DNA from: a virus | IMG/VR virus record: IMGVR_UViG_3300045988_173816 | Span: 128,001-192,000 of that record | Direction: 5' to 3' (one strand) | Length of the DNA stretch: 64,000 nt | Shown here: positions 17,141 to 25,661 of the stretch, piece by piece | How positions within the stretch are numbered: position 1 is the stretch's first letter | Layout of the letters: every line of letters begins with the position of its first letter | Notes under the pieces: model-generated | What the model was told of the DNA's origin: nothing | What the model saw: only the letters and a program-made list of their open reading frames with translations | The model's database searches: none | Translations under genes and position numbers: made by a program

Positions 17141-17827
17141 ATGGTGAATTTATTTCAACAATATGTTTCAGATAATCGCTTGGAATTAGTTCGTAGGTCT
17201 ACGGTCTTAGAAGGGTATATGTTATCCAAGTTAGATACTGAAACGATTATAAATAAAGGGGTTGTGCAAAAACTTGGGTTTGTACAAATGAAAGAAGTAG
17301 TGAACTTAAATCGAGCTTGGGATTGGGTTTGTCAACCACATACCTTCACCAAAACTATATTAGAAGATTTACATGAAATTATTTCAGATGAAGTAACTAA
17401 TTATAGATATTTAGAGGGTTACTTTAGGTCTGAGACTTATGAAGTCAAAATATCAGGATCTTCTTATGTACCTCCATGCATGAGTAGAAATGACGCCTTA
17501 AATGAGTTCGGGTATCACCTTGAACACTTACTTCCTTTTCTTAATTCTTCTAACTCTATAGAGCAGAAAAGAGATAAATGTTTACAATTTTATCTATATT
17601 TGATGAAACGGCAGTTCTTCCATGATTGTAATAAGCGGACTTCTTACTTGTTTTTAAATTATCTGTTTAATGCTTTTGATTTAGGTTGTATTATGTATTT
17701 ACCTAAACTTTCAGCAGAAGGTACATATTTGAAACATTTGAAGAATTTTTATGAAAGTGAGGATAATCAATATGTCCAACAATTTGTCACTTACCTCAAA
17801 AAATACTATGTCAAATCAGTACATTGA
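17141..17827 (+). CDS. Fic/Doc-family-like protein with divergent core motif
   Basis: FFHDCNKRTSYLFLNYLF resembles the Doc/Fic core Hx(F)xD(A/G)N(K/G)RT, but His is displaced by three positions (directly precedes the Asp). Confidence 0.45.
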   Translation: MVNLFQQYVSDNRLELVRRSTVLEGYMLSKLDTETIINKGVVQKLGFVQMKEVVNLNRAWDWVCQPHTFTKTILEDLHEIISDEVTNYRYLEGYFRSETYEVKISGSSYVPPCMSRNDALNEFGYHLEHLLPFLNSSNSIEQKRDKCLQFYLYLMKRQFFHDCNKRTSYLFLNYLFNAFDLGCIMYLPKLSAEGTYLKHLKNFYESEDNQYVQQFVTYLKKYYVKSVH

Positions 17828-18200
17828 AGATAATACGGTATATGAGGATGTTGTACCTAACACTTCTCATGTTGAAGTTTCTCAGTTGAGTTTACCTTCT
17901 CAAATTGCTTATTTTAGTGGGTTATCTTATGATTTAGTTGTTACTTTTTTACATAATGAAACTAGTTTTGATTTACCTTATGAAAGTTTAGCGTTAGATT
18001 ACTCTAAGTTTAATTTAGTTAAACAAGCACTGACAACAGACTTAGTGAAGAAACATTTCTCTTTCTTTAAAGAGTGGTATATTCAGGTTTTTGGTATTGG
18101 TTCTTCTCTTGTTGAAAAAAGTTCATTGGTTCAGTTTTTAACGAAAGGTAAACTAACAGTAAGTGATTACTTTAGATGCACACAACTTAAGTTTTTGTAG
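17772..18200 (+). CDS. Hypothetical protein
   Basis: ATG at 17772 with a GTGAGGA RBS. Overlaps the upstream gene by 56 nt. Confidence 0.5.
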   Translation: MSNNLSLTSKNTMSNQYIEDNTVYEDVVPNTSHVEVSQLSLPSQIAYFSGLSYDLVVTFLHNETSFDLPYESLALDYSKFNLVKQALTTDLVKKHFSFFKEWYIQVFGIGSSLVEKSSLVQFLTKGKLTVSDYFRCTQLKFL

Positions 18201-18219
18201 AAGTATTTTAAACATTAGT

Positions 18220-18244
18220 AAACCCTTGAAAGTCAAGGGTTTTT
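18220..18244 (+). terminator. Intrinsic terminator
   Basis: Perfect 10-bp stem AAACCCTTGA/TCAAGGGTTT followed by a T run. Confidence 0.65.
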
Positions 18245-18254
18245 GTGATATACT
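18226..18254 (+). promoter_or_regulatory. Sigma-A promoter with -35 inside the terminator hairpin
   Basis: TTGAAA, 17 nt, TGaTATACT. Confidence 0.6.
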
Positions 18255-18286
18255 AAAGGAAATTTACATGAGAAATGGAGTACAAA

Positions 18287-18610
18287 ATGGACATAAACTA
18301 TTGCAAATATCTAACAACTTTACCTTTGATGATTCGTCCTTTGAGTGGTTACGGTTCTTGGCGAGGTATCTACGCTGAACCAGCCTTGTTTTTTGATTTG
18401 GATTCTGACTATGTACCTATTTCAACATTAGCAGATGCACTTGATGATTTAAGTTCTGGAAGACCGTTTGACGGTTATAAGGGTGGTCGTTACTTGTACA
18501 ACGATAGCTCTCCTTTACACTTTGAAAGTAGTTATAGAAGTTGTTCTGACAATCCTCTTTCACTCTATTTGTCGCCAGAGTCGGTTGCATCTTTGAATGG
18601 TATGGTTTAA
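18287..18610 (+). CDS. Hypothetical protein
   Basis: ATG at 18287 lies 7 nt after GGAG. Immediately upstream of the methyltransferase. Confidence 0.6.
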   Translation: MDINYCKYLTTLPLMIRPLSGYGSWRGIYAEPALFFDLDSDYVPISTLADALDDLSSGRPFDGYKGGRYLYNDSSPLHFESSYRSCSDNPLSLYLSPESVASLNGMV

Positions 18611-18613
18611 CTT

Positions 18614-19438
18614 ATGACTTCCATTGATTTACAACAAGGCGACTGCTTAGAGTTGATGAAGGGCATCCCAAGCAAAAGTATCGACTTAATTTTGTGTGAT
18701 TTACCTTACGGAACGACAAGAAACAAGTGGGATAGCGTTATTGACTTAGAGTTGTTGTGGGAACAGTATAACCGTGTTATTAAAGACTGTGGGGCGATTC
18801 TTTTATTCGCACAAACTCCATTTGATAAGGTCTTAGGGTATTCTAATCTTAAACACCTAAGATATGAGATTATTTGGCAAAAGACTGCCCCAACAGGATT
18901 TCTAAATGCAAAGAAAATGCCCATGAAGGCTCATGAGAATATTTTAGTGTTTTACAAGAAATTACCAACTTACAATCCTCAAATGACTCAGGGTCATCCA
19001 AGAAAGGTTTCAAGTAAATCTAGTAGGAAGAACTCTGTAGAAAGACATCAAGGGAAGTCAGAAGTATTAGCTTCTAACTATAATTCGTATGGTGAAAGTC
19101 GAGTTGATTACGACTCAACAGAGCGATATCCACTAAGCGTTCAAGTTTTCGCAAAGGACCAGCAAAAAGAAAATTACCATCCTACTCAAAAACCCGTTGC
19201 TTTGTTGGAGTGGTTAATTAAAACCTATACTAATGAAGGTGACTTGGTTTTAGATAATTGTATGGGTTCAGGTTCAACAGGAGTAGCTTGCGTAAATACT
19301 AATCGTAATTTTATTGGTATGGAGTTAACTGAGCAATATTTTGAGATTGCCAAAGAAAGAATAGGGAAAGTATTAGAGAAGAAAGATGAACAAAAGACAG
19401 AAAAAGAAGATAGGTCTCATTCTTCCAAAGAAGATTAA
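18614..19438 (+). CDS. DNA methyltransferase, N6-adenine/N4-cytosine type (beta class)
   Basis: N-terminal motif IV LILCDLPYG (DPPY-like). C-terminal HPTQKPVALLEWLI and AdoMet motif VLDNCMGSGSTG. Confidence 0.9.
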   Translation: MTSIDLQQGDCLELMKGIPSKSIDLILCDLPYGTTRNKWDSVIDLELLWEQYNRVIKDCGAILLFAQTPFDKVLGYSNLKHLRYEIIWQKTAPTGFLNAKKMPMKAHENILVFYKKLPTYNPQMTQGHPRKVSSKSSRKNSVERHQGKSEVLASNYNSYGESRVDYDSTERYPLSVQVFAKDQQKENYHPTQKPVALLEWLIKTYTNEGDLVLDNCMGSGSTGVACVNTNRNFIGMELTEQYFEIAKERIGKVLEKKDEQKTEKEDRSHSSKED

Positions 19439-19847
19439 GAGCTTGGTACGAAGATATTCTACCTTGCACTTGAACCAAGATGAATTAGGTGGTACATTCG
19501 AGTATGGGTATTCTTTTAATTCTGAGGGTTTCGGAAATGGTTTAGCTCCGTATAGCACTTTGACTGACCAAACTAATACGCAGATTTATAACGAGTGTGC
19601 TACTTTGTACGACTATGTGAGTCATTTGATAGGTACTTGGTACGGAGATTACTCTTGCGGTTCTGTTGAGAATTGTAGGAATTATCGGATTGTCAAAGAG
19701 TTTGAAACACAAGTTGTTTTTGTAGAACAAACTCCACCTTCGGTATCCTATTATGTCCACCAAACAGGTTTTGAAGACTATTACAGCGGTACTATTTATA
19801 TTCCACTACGAAATGGTAAGTTCTTGGCTTACGATTTTAATTGTTAA
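19386..19847 (+). CDS. Hypothetical protein
   Basis: ORF overlapping the MTase 3' end. Confidence 0.55.
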   Translation: MNKRQKKKIGLILPKKIKSLVRRYSTLHLNQDELGGTFEYGYSFNSEGFGNGLAPYSTLTDQTNTQIYNECATLYDYVSHLIGTWYGDYSCGSVENCRNYRIVKEFETQVVFVEQTPPSVSYYVHQTGFEDYYSGTIYIPLRNGKFLAYDFNC

Positions 19848-19862
19848 TGAGGTTTTTATATT

Positions 19863-20153
19863 ATGTTTTATGTTATTAGCTTAGAAAAACTAACCGATTT
19901 GCGTTTAAACTTATGGTCTCATGATGTTTTAGGTGTAGTATCGTCAACACATGCAGTCCCTAAAGTCTTATTAGACCTTACATTACAACAATTCCCTGAA
20001 TATGTAGAGTCTGAGTTTCACTTGGATTTGCTATTGCGTTTGCAAAACGCTTTTTGGAATAGAAAAGATAAGAATTATTTCAAATATACGGTAGAAGATA
20101 ATAATTCATTTAAAGGTAACTTCTACGTTGAACTTGTTCCGAAACTAGACTAG
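19863..20153 (+). CDS. Hypothetical protein
   Basis: ORF with an RBS, followed by a terminator. Confidence 0.6.
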   Translation: MFYVISLEKLTDLRLNLWSHDVLGVVSSTHAVPKVLLDLTLQQFPEYVESEFHLDLLLRLQNAFWNRKDKNYFKYTVEDNNSFKGNFYVELVPKLD

Positions 20154-20160
20154 ATTGAAA

Positions 20161-20187
20161 AAAGTAGGTGTCAAGCCTACTTTTTAT
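20161..20187 (+). terminator. Intrinsic terminator
   Basis: AAGTAGG-tgtcaag-CCTACTT followed by TTTT. Confidence 0.7.
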
Positions 20188-20216
20188 TTGACAAAATTTA
20201 TTATTTTTGATATAAT
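20188..20216 (+). promoter_or_regulatory. Consensus sigma-A promoter (cassette type 1)
   Basis: TTGACA, 17 nt, TGaTATAAT, then AAAGAAAAT. Confidence 0.7.
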
Positions 20217-20249
20217 AAAGAAAATAAATTAGAAAAGGGTTGAATAATT

Positions 20250-20645
20250 ATGTCAGAAAAACAAGCGAAATACACAAAGAAAGACTTTCAAGTAGGGCAG
20301 ACTGTTTATATTGAACAAATTGGAGCTTCAGTACATTACTTAAAAGATACTATAGGTAAAGTAACTGAGGAAATAATTGAGAAAATTGGGGTCAAGTTCG
20401 TAACGACCAACAAAGGTCGGTATCGTTTAGATGATGGCTTGGATGATTGTGATACAAGTAAGGATTTTTTACTTCACTTAACGGAACAAGAAGCTAAGGA
20501 TAGTGCATTAGAGCGAAAATTGAAGAAAGAAATTTTATCTAAAGTAAAGTTTGATTTAGTTAAAACTTTAACTTTAGAGGAACTACAAACGATAGGATCA
20601 ATTTTAACTGATGCAGAAGAACGCTTGAACGGAGGTCTTAAATGA
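20250..20645 (+). CDS. Hypothetical protein
   Basis: ORF with an RBS, first gene of an operon. Confidence 0.65.
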   Translation: MSEKQAKYTKKDFQVGQTVYIEQIGASVHYLKDTIGKVTEEIIEKIGVKFVTTNKGRYRLDDGLDDCDTSKDFLLHLTEQEAKDSALERKLKKEILSKVKFDLVKTLTLEELQTIGSILTDAEERLNGGLK

Positions 20646-20953
20646 AACCAATAGAATTTACATTAGCACCTACCGTGGTAATTGAAACGCCACAAACACT
20701 TGAGGATTTACTTAAAGAATTAGGACTTTTCACTTATACAGTTCAAATTTTGGAATTTAAGTCTTTAGAACAAGTTAGTGCTTACCGTATTCAAAAAGCA
20801 CACTTAGAACGTGAAGATAAAGTTTATCTACTTAACAAAGAGACCTTAGAGTTGGCTTACATTCCAAAGGTTGGGGTAGATGCTATGACATTGCTACTCA
20901 GCACCAAGGGTATCTTAGTTCTCGAAACCCTCGAAGCAAATCCAGTTATTTAA
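20642..20953 (+). CDS. Hypothetical protein
   Basis: ATGA overlap with the upstream gene. Confidence 0.65.
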   Translation: MKPIEFTLAPTVVIETPQTLEDLLKELGLFTYTVQILEFKSLEQVSAYRIQKAHLEREDKVYLLNKETLELAYIPKVGVDAMTLLLSTKGILVLETLEANPVI

Positions 20954-20965
20954 AGGAGTCTCAGT

Positions 20966-21328
20966 ATGAAATTAGAGGAAATTAAACAGTACAAAGTTGG
21001 CTCAAAGGTTTTTGAAACGAAAGAGGAAGCAGAAGCTTACCTAAAAGAACAAGAAATAGAAAAACTTCGCCAAAACAATCCTCAAGTTAACTTTCCATTT
21101 ACTTCGACTGTTTATTATGAAAACCTTGTCTCTACAGATGACCGTGGAAATCTGCAAATTAAGGCTCGTTGGTTTAGTTTGGACGATGCTATAGCTGCTA
21201 TGGACGATTATGCAGATTATTTCCGAGAAAAAGGGACTGGTTCTATTAGAAAAGTTACAATCTCTTTATCTGATAACCCATCTCAAGGTACTGTTTCAGT
21301 CCATTTCGAGACAGTGGTAAGAAAGTAG
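20966..21328 (+). CDS. Hypothetical protein
   Basis: AAGGAG RBS. Confidence 0.65.
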   Translation: MKLEEIKQYKVGSKVFETKEEAEAYLKEQEIEKLRQNNPQVNFPFTSTVYYENLVSTDDRGNLQIKARWFSLDDAIAAMDDYADYFREKGTGSIRKVTISLSDNPSQGTVSVHFETVVRK

Positions 21329-21339
21329 GTAAAAATTAA

Positions 21340-22233
21340 ATGAACAAACGAATTAAGCGAAAACACATAGCAAAACAAAACAAAAACATGATAGAAAGCA
21401 CATTGAAGTATTTAAAGCAATTAGGTCTTACTCCATTTAATATTGAATATCCTAACGGTTACTTTGTTTTTGAAAATAAAAACTCTTATGAAATGATGCA
21501 CTTCCAACTCAAAGAGAACCCGGATTTCTTATTTGGTGTATGGTACAAGGAATATACTCTTGAAAATCCAAGTCGAGTAGTAAAATTGCCCCTTATTTTT
21601 GGTGAACGTTTGAGTATTTTGGATAAGTTCAAACCTTCACGTGCAGAGTGGTCTCCACTTTACAACACTTACATTGATAAGAATTTAGAGTATGACTTAT
21701 CAGAGTATTGGTCTATTTTGCGTTTGTTACCTGATTTCGTAAAAGCTCCTTGGCGCTATATTCCTTATGAGTCAGAAGAAGAGTTCCAAAAGCTAGAGAA
21801 CTACTTTGAGTTGACAGCTAAGTACACGGAGGGAGTTTTAAAAGCTCTTTGCACTAAGGTAGAACACAAGTTCAAAGAGTTACATATCCCTTTCGGTATC
21901 CTTGTAAAAGATCCTTATTGGTCTCACAAAAATTTGTATTTGATTTTTGAAGAGGGTACTCCTCAAGAGCAAATTGACTTAGTTTTTGAGAGTTTGGATA
22001 AGTTTGTTCGATTTGATTTGGATGATGAAGTGAAAGAGTTAACTAAATCTTTGAATTGCACGGAATACGTTAATGGTTATGAATATGATTTTAATTGGCA
22101 TTTAGATTATTATTGGACAGCTTCAAAAGAAACGCTCAAAAAAGCCAAATCTATGAACTTCATGGAGTTGAACAAAGCGTTTAAAGAGATGAACCTCAAA
22201 GGTTCAAATTTCACACGATTGATTGGAGATTAA
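21340..22233 (+). CDS. Hypothetical protein
   Basis: 297-codon ORF with an RBS. Confidence 0.7.
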   Translation: MNKRIKRKHIAKQNKNMIESTLKYLKQLGLTPFNIEYPNGYFVFENKNSYEMMHFQLKENPDFLFGVWYKEYTLENPSRVVKLPLIFGERLSILDKFKPSRAEWSPLYNTYIDKNLEYDLSEYWSILRLLPDFVKAPWRYIPYESEEEFQKLENYFELTAKYTEGVLKALCTKVEHKFKELHIPFGILVKDPYWSHKNLYLIFEEGTPQEQIDLVFESLDKFVRFDLDDEVKELTKSLNCTEYVNGYEYDFNWHLDYYWTASKETLKKAKSMNFMELNKAFKEMNLKGSNFTRLIGD

Positions 22234-22235
22234 GC

Positions 22236-22574
22236 ATGGAAAAGAGATATGACAGCGAAATTTTTCAGATTTTGCACTATTTCAACAATTACCTAGACAC
22301 TAAATCTAAGGTAGAACTTAGAAAAGCAGAAGTTTGGGTATCCTTGCTACAAAAATCGGTTGAAGAATTGGATATTTTCACTGAGTTTTATGTAGATGTT
22401 TTCTACCGTTCTGTTCTATATAGGTTCTTAAATGAATCGAATATTGAACTGACAGACACCCAAGTTTCTTTGATTCAACGTATTCATGCAAAACGCAGAG
22501 TTTCGTCTTATACTGATTACATTTTGTTAGCTAACTTACTTTCTGAGCTATACAAAAGATTTTCTAACAGATAA
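22236..22574 (+). CDS. Hypothetical protein
   Basis: Starts 2 nt after the previous stop and is followed by a terminator. Confidence 0.65.
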   Translation: MEKRYDSEIFQILHYFNNYLDTKSKVELRKAEVWVSLLQKSVEELDIFTEFYVDVFYRSVLYRFLNESNIELTDTQVSLIQRIHAKRRVSSYTDYILLANLLSELYKRFSNR

Positions 22575-22581
22575 AATACAT

Positions 22582-22612
22582 GAGAGAATATTTTGGGGTA
22601 TTCTCTCTTTTT
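22582..22612 (+). terminator. Intrinsic terminator
   Basis: 9-bp stem GAGAGAATA/TATTCTCTC followed by TTTTT. Confidence 0.75.
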
Positions 22613-22614
22613 AT

Positions 22615-22643
22615 TTGACAAAACGAGCAAGTTTTAGTATAAT
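22615..22643 (+). promoter_or_regulatory. Consensus sigma-A promoter (cassette type 1)
   Basis: TTGACA, 17 nt, TATAAT, then AAAGAAAAT. The listed TTG start at 22615 is the -35 hexamer itself. Confidence 0.7.
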
Positions 22644-22674
22644 AAAGAAAATTGATGAGAGAGTAGTAAATGAT

Positions 22675-23496
22675 ATGAACACAGTGACAGTAAAACAATC
22701 TGACATTCAAGAGCTTCTATTTTATGCTCAACAAAATAAAATTGATTTCTTTATCGCAGGGTATGGAAAGAACCCCTTAATTGCCTTTTTGGAACAGTAC
22801 GCAAATTACTTCACCTTTAAAACTTATAAGATTGGTGATTTATATTGTACTGAGAAATCAGATTTTAAATCCACTTTTTACAAAGGATTTTGCACCTTTG
22901 AAGAATTTCAAGCAGAGCGCCAACAGGCTGAGGATTCTAAATTTGGTGTAACTGAGATTATAGACTTCGAGGATTACTCTTACTTGACCAGAGATGAAAC
23001 AGGTACTTTCCTTATTGACTTTTACGACAGTGGTATCCAAAACTCCAATGAGTTCGCTGAAATTCCAGTTGCGGACTTAGAAAGTTTAGTTAGTTTTGCA
23101 GAGAAAAGTAGCACTCCAAAATACCTAGTTTTGGAAGATGGTAGTTTCGCTTTAAATGTGTTCTTCGCATTTGTTTCTGCATATACTCCAAGAGAGTTGC
23201 ATTATTGTACAGTAGAGTCTACAGATAAAACTACAGGTTTCACTACTCAAACCGTCTCACTTATGTCTTTAGCTAAGTTCAAAGAGATGTGGTACAAACT
23301 AGATCGAAAATATGAGTGTGAATGTAAGCATGATTGGGGGCGAAACTGTGACTGTGACGGTTACGAAGACGGTTATGATTTAACTTATATTCGCAAAGTT
23401 AAGTCATTAAAAGATGGTCACACCTTTAACTTCGAGAATCCTACAACTTTAGGGAAGTACACTCATTGGGTATCTTTACCTTCTGAGTTGTCCTAA
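22675..23496 (+). CDS. Hypothetical protein with Cys-rich C-terminal patch
   Basis: First ATG downstream of the promoter. Contains KYECECKHDWGRNCDCDGYEDGYD. Confidence 0.65.
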   Translation: MNTVTVKQSDIQELLFYAQQNKIDFFIAGYGKNPLIAFLEQYANYFTFKTYKIGDLYCTEKSDFKSTFYKGFCTFEEFQAERQQAEDSKFGVTEIIDFEDYSYLTRDETGTFLIDFYDSGIQNSNEFAEIPVADLESLVSFAEKSSTPKYLVLEDGSFALNVFFAFVSAYTPRELHYCTVESTDKTTGFTTQTVSLMSLAKFKEMWYKLDRKYECECKHDWGRNCDCDGYEDGYDLTYIRKVKSLKDGHTFNFENPTTLGKYTHWVSLPSELS

Positions 23497-23654
23497 TTCG
23501 TTCTCAGACTGTCCTAATTTGCCCCAGTTTCGTCTTAGTTTAGTCTGAGGTAGAAATATACTTTAAAGATTTAAAATGCGATACGGAGCAAATTAGAGGG
23601 TTTTAAGATTAAGTTTTAAAAATACAAATAAACAAATAAAAGGGAGATTTTATT

Positions 23655-24098
23655 ATGCAAAAATATTCACAGGTTTCTATAGCAGGTTTACTGTCAGAGT
23701 CAGACTTTTTAGATTTTCTAACTTCACATGGAGTTGAAATCATTGAAGGTTCTATTGCAAATGTGGATTTAGAGTTAGAACGTCAGAGAAATTCTTGTAA
23801 AGAGCTTCATCGTACAGAGTTAAAAGGGGTTATATCAGGTAAATACCTAGTTCGGTATCGAGGTAAGAAGTTTGCTCTGTCTTACTTTTACGAAGACACT
23901 TCTTATGTTGATAAAACTAAATTTCAATTTACTAGTGCTGAGGAAGATTCGCATTTTGTTTCGTCAAGAGCTTACATTAGTGCCTTGACACATGAAGTTA
24001 CGATAGACTTATTGAGAAAGTTGGCTTTGCATTTTGATGCTTACATTTTTGAAAACTTTGACAACTCTGTTGAAAGAGTCTTTCGTAAGGTTAAATAA
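23655..24098 (+). CDS. Hypothetical protein
   Basis: AAGGGAG RBS; followed by a terminator. Confidence 0.65.
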   Translation: MQKYSQVSIAGLLSESDFLDFLTSHGVEIIEGSIANVDLELERQRNSCKELHRTELKGVISGKYLVRYRGKKFALSYFYEDTSYVDKTKFQFTSAEEDSHFVSSRAYISALTHEVTIDLLRKLALHFDAYIFENFDNSVERVFRKVK

Positions 24099-24117
24099 AA
24101 ATTTTTAGTTATTAAGA

Positions 24118-24140
24118 AAAACAAGCATTGCGCTTGTTTT
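24118..24140 (+). terminator. Intrinsic terminator
   Basis: 9-bp stem AAAACAAGC/GCTTGTTTT. A possible promoter TTGCGC-17-TGgTAAACT overlaps it. Confidence 0.65.
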
Positions 24141-24185
24141 CTGTTTGTGGTAAACTAAACTAAAAGACAGTAAAGAGGTTTCAGT

Positions 24186-24434
24186 ATGTCGGAGTTGAGT
24201 CTAATCGAAAAAATGCGCCTAATTCTAAGGCACGAAGTTCTTTATTTTTCTTTGGATAAACCAAGGCAAGAAGAGACGCTTGATGCTTTAGAGTGGCTTG
24301 AGTCTGAGGAGAATTGTAGATTGGTTTCAGAGGATTTTGTAGGTTTACCAAAGAGAATTTGGGTAACAAGAACCGTAGCAATAAAGGGGAGGTATAAAGA
24401 TGTTTTTAGGCTTACCAACGTTGTCTCTTTCTAA
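24186..24434 (+). CDS. Hypothetical small protein upstream of the NTase gene
   Basis: ORF with a GAGG RBS. Overlaps the next gene by 35 nt. Confidence 0.55.
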   Translation: MSELSLIEKMRLILRHEVLYFSLDKPRQEETLDALEWLESEENCRLVSEDFVGLPKRIWVTRTVAIKGRYKDVFRLTNVVSF

Positions 24435-25131
24435 TATTTTAGAGAACTTAAAGTCTTTAAATGAACACTTACAAGGGCTAGGTCAAACTGCTAAAATTAT
24501 TATAACAGGTGGTTCAGCGGTATCCATACTTTCCGGAGGTTTGCGACAAACCTCTGATATTGATTACCTTGGGTCTCTGCCTTTGACAGAAAAAGAACTA
24601 TATCAATTTCAGATGTCCAATGACGTAGAAAAGATTTTCGTAGTCCCAGATATTTCTGAGGTCTCATTCGATAAAGAATTGAACTATTCAAACTTAACTG
24701 TTTTGGTTTTATCTTGGGAAGATTTAGCAATTATGAAATTCTACTCAACACGTGAAAAAGACCTCCAAGATTTGAAAAACTTTATCTTGCCTAATATCTA
24801 TGACTTCAAGAAATTGAAAACTAGGTTGGATTACTATAAAGCTGACTACATTTTTGACTTGGATAACCCAGATTTGAACTTAAATCAATATATTCAAATT
24901 TTAGCTGAGTTAAAACAATTACATCATATCTTGGTAGTAGACCCAACTCAAACTTTAGAACAAGTCTTGAAAACAAATAGGCTCTACAGTAAGTTTATCA
25001 GATTTGCTGACAACTATGTTATCCCTCTAAACTTAGAGGTTTGGCTCCCCAATTCGGTATCTTTTTGCCTATCCGATTATGGTTTTGCTGAGTTCTTTCA
25101 AGCAGCGACAACTTATCAACTTAGAATTTAA
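24400..25131 (+). CDS. Nucleotidyltransferase-fold protein (AbiEii / MNT / DUF6036-like)
   Basis: GGGAGG RBS. NTase signature ITGGSAVSIL..(8)..SDIDYL (GS-x-n-DxD) and downstream WEDLAIMKFYSTREKDLQDL. Confidence 0.6.
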   Translation: MFLGLPTLSLSNILENLKSLNEHLQGLGQTAKIIITGGSAVSILSGGLRQTSDIDYLGSLPLTEKELYQFQMSNDVEKIFVVPDISEVSFDKELNYSNLTVLVLSWEDLAIMKFYSTREKDLQDLKNFILPNIYDFKKLKTRLDYYKADYIFDLDNPDLNLNQYIQILAELKQLHHILVVDPTQTLEQVLKTNRLYSKFIRFADNYVIPLNLEVWLPNSVSFCLSDYGFAEFFQAATTYQLRI

Positions 25132-25134
25132 CTA

Positions 25135-25182
25135 GAAAAGCGAAGAAAGTCCTTATAATTATTGACTTTCTTTTCGTTTTTT
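25135..25182 (+). terminator. Imperfect long hairpin / probable terminator
   Basis: GAAAGTC/GACTTTC core with extended imperfect arms, followed by a T run. Confidence 0.4.
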
Positions 25183-25190
25183 GGTACAAT
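25162..25190 (+). promoter_or_regulatory. Sigma-A promoter with -35 in the hairpin 3' arm
   Basis: TTGACT, 17 nt, TGgTACAAT. Confidence 0.6.
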
Positions 25191-25226
25191 AATAACAATA
25201 AAACATGAAAGTTAGGTTTAGGTGAT

Positions 25227-25658
25227 TTGAAAAGACAAACTAAGAGAAAGCATAATATTTTAGGTAGAGACTGGCGCAAAGAGTTGGATCAAAAGTTTGC
25301 AAAACTACCTCGAAATGTTGAGCAAGAAAAAGTTGAAATTGGACATTTAGATGCTTATTTTACCGATTTCCAAGATACAGAGTTTACAACTGTATTCTCT
25401 GCGTTCGGGTATCATACAACTTTTGATGGGTTTAGTTTCCGACCAGAAGCAGAAGTGTCTCTTTTGCATACAGATAAAGATTTTTATTTAAAAATTCGTG
25501 GGTTTTTTGAAACCTTTGAGTTTACTGATTCTGATAAAGCAGAATTATGGTTATTAAGAAGAGCTGAAACTGCTTACTTCATGAAAAAGAAGTTGGTTGA
25601 AAATTACTTACTTTCTCTAGTTGTGATGATTCGTAGTATGAAAGCTCGCAGAGGGTAG
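25227..25658 (+). CDS. Hypothetical protein
   Basis: TTG start with an AGGTGA RBS. Confidence 0.55.
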   Translation: MKRQTKRKHNILGRDWRKELDQKFAKLPRNVEQEKVEIGHLDAYFTDFQDTEFTTVFSAFGYHTTFDGFSFRPEAEVSLLHTDKDFYLKIRGFFETFEFTDSDKAELWLLRRAETAYFMKKKLVENYLLSLVVMIRSMKARRG

Positions 25659-25661
25659 TAT

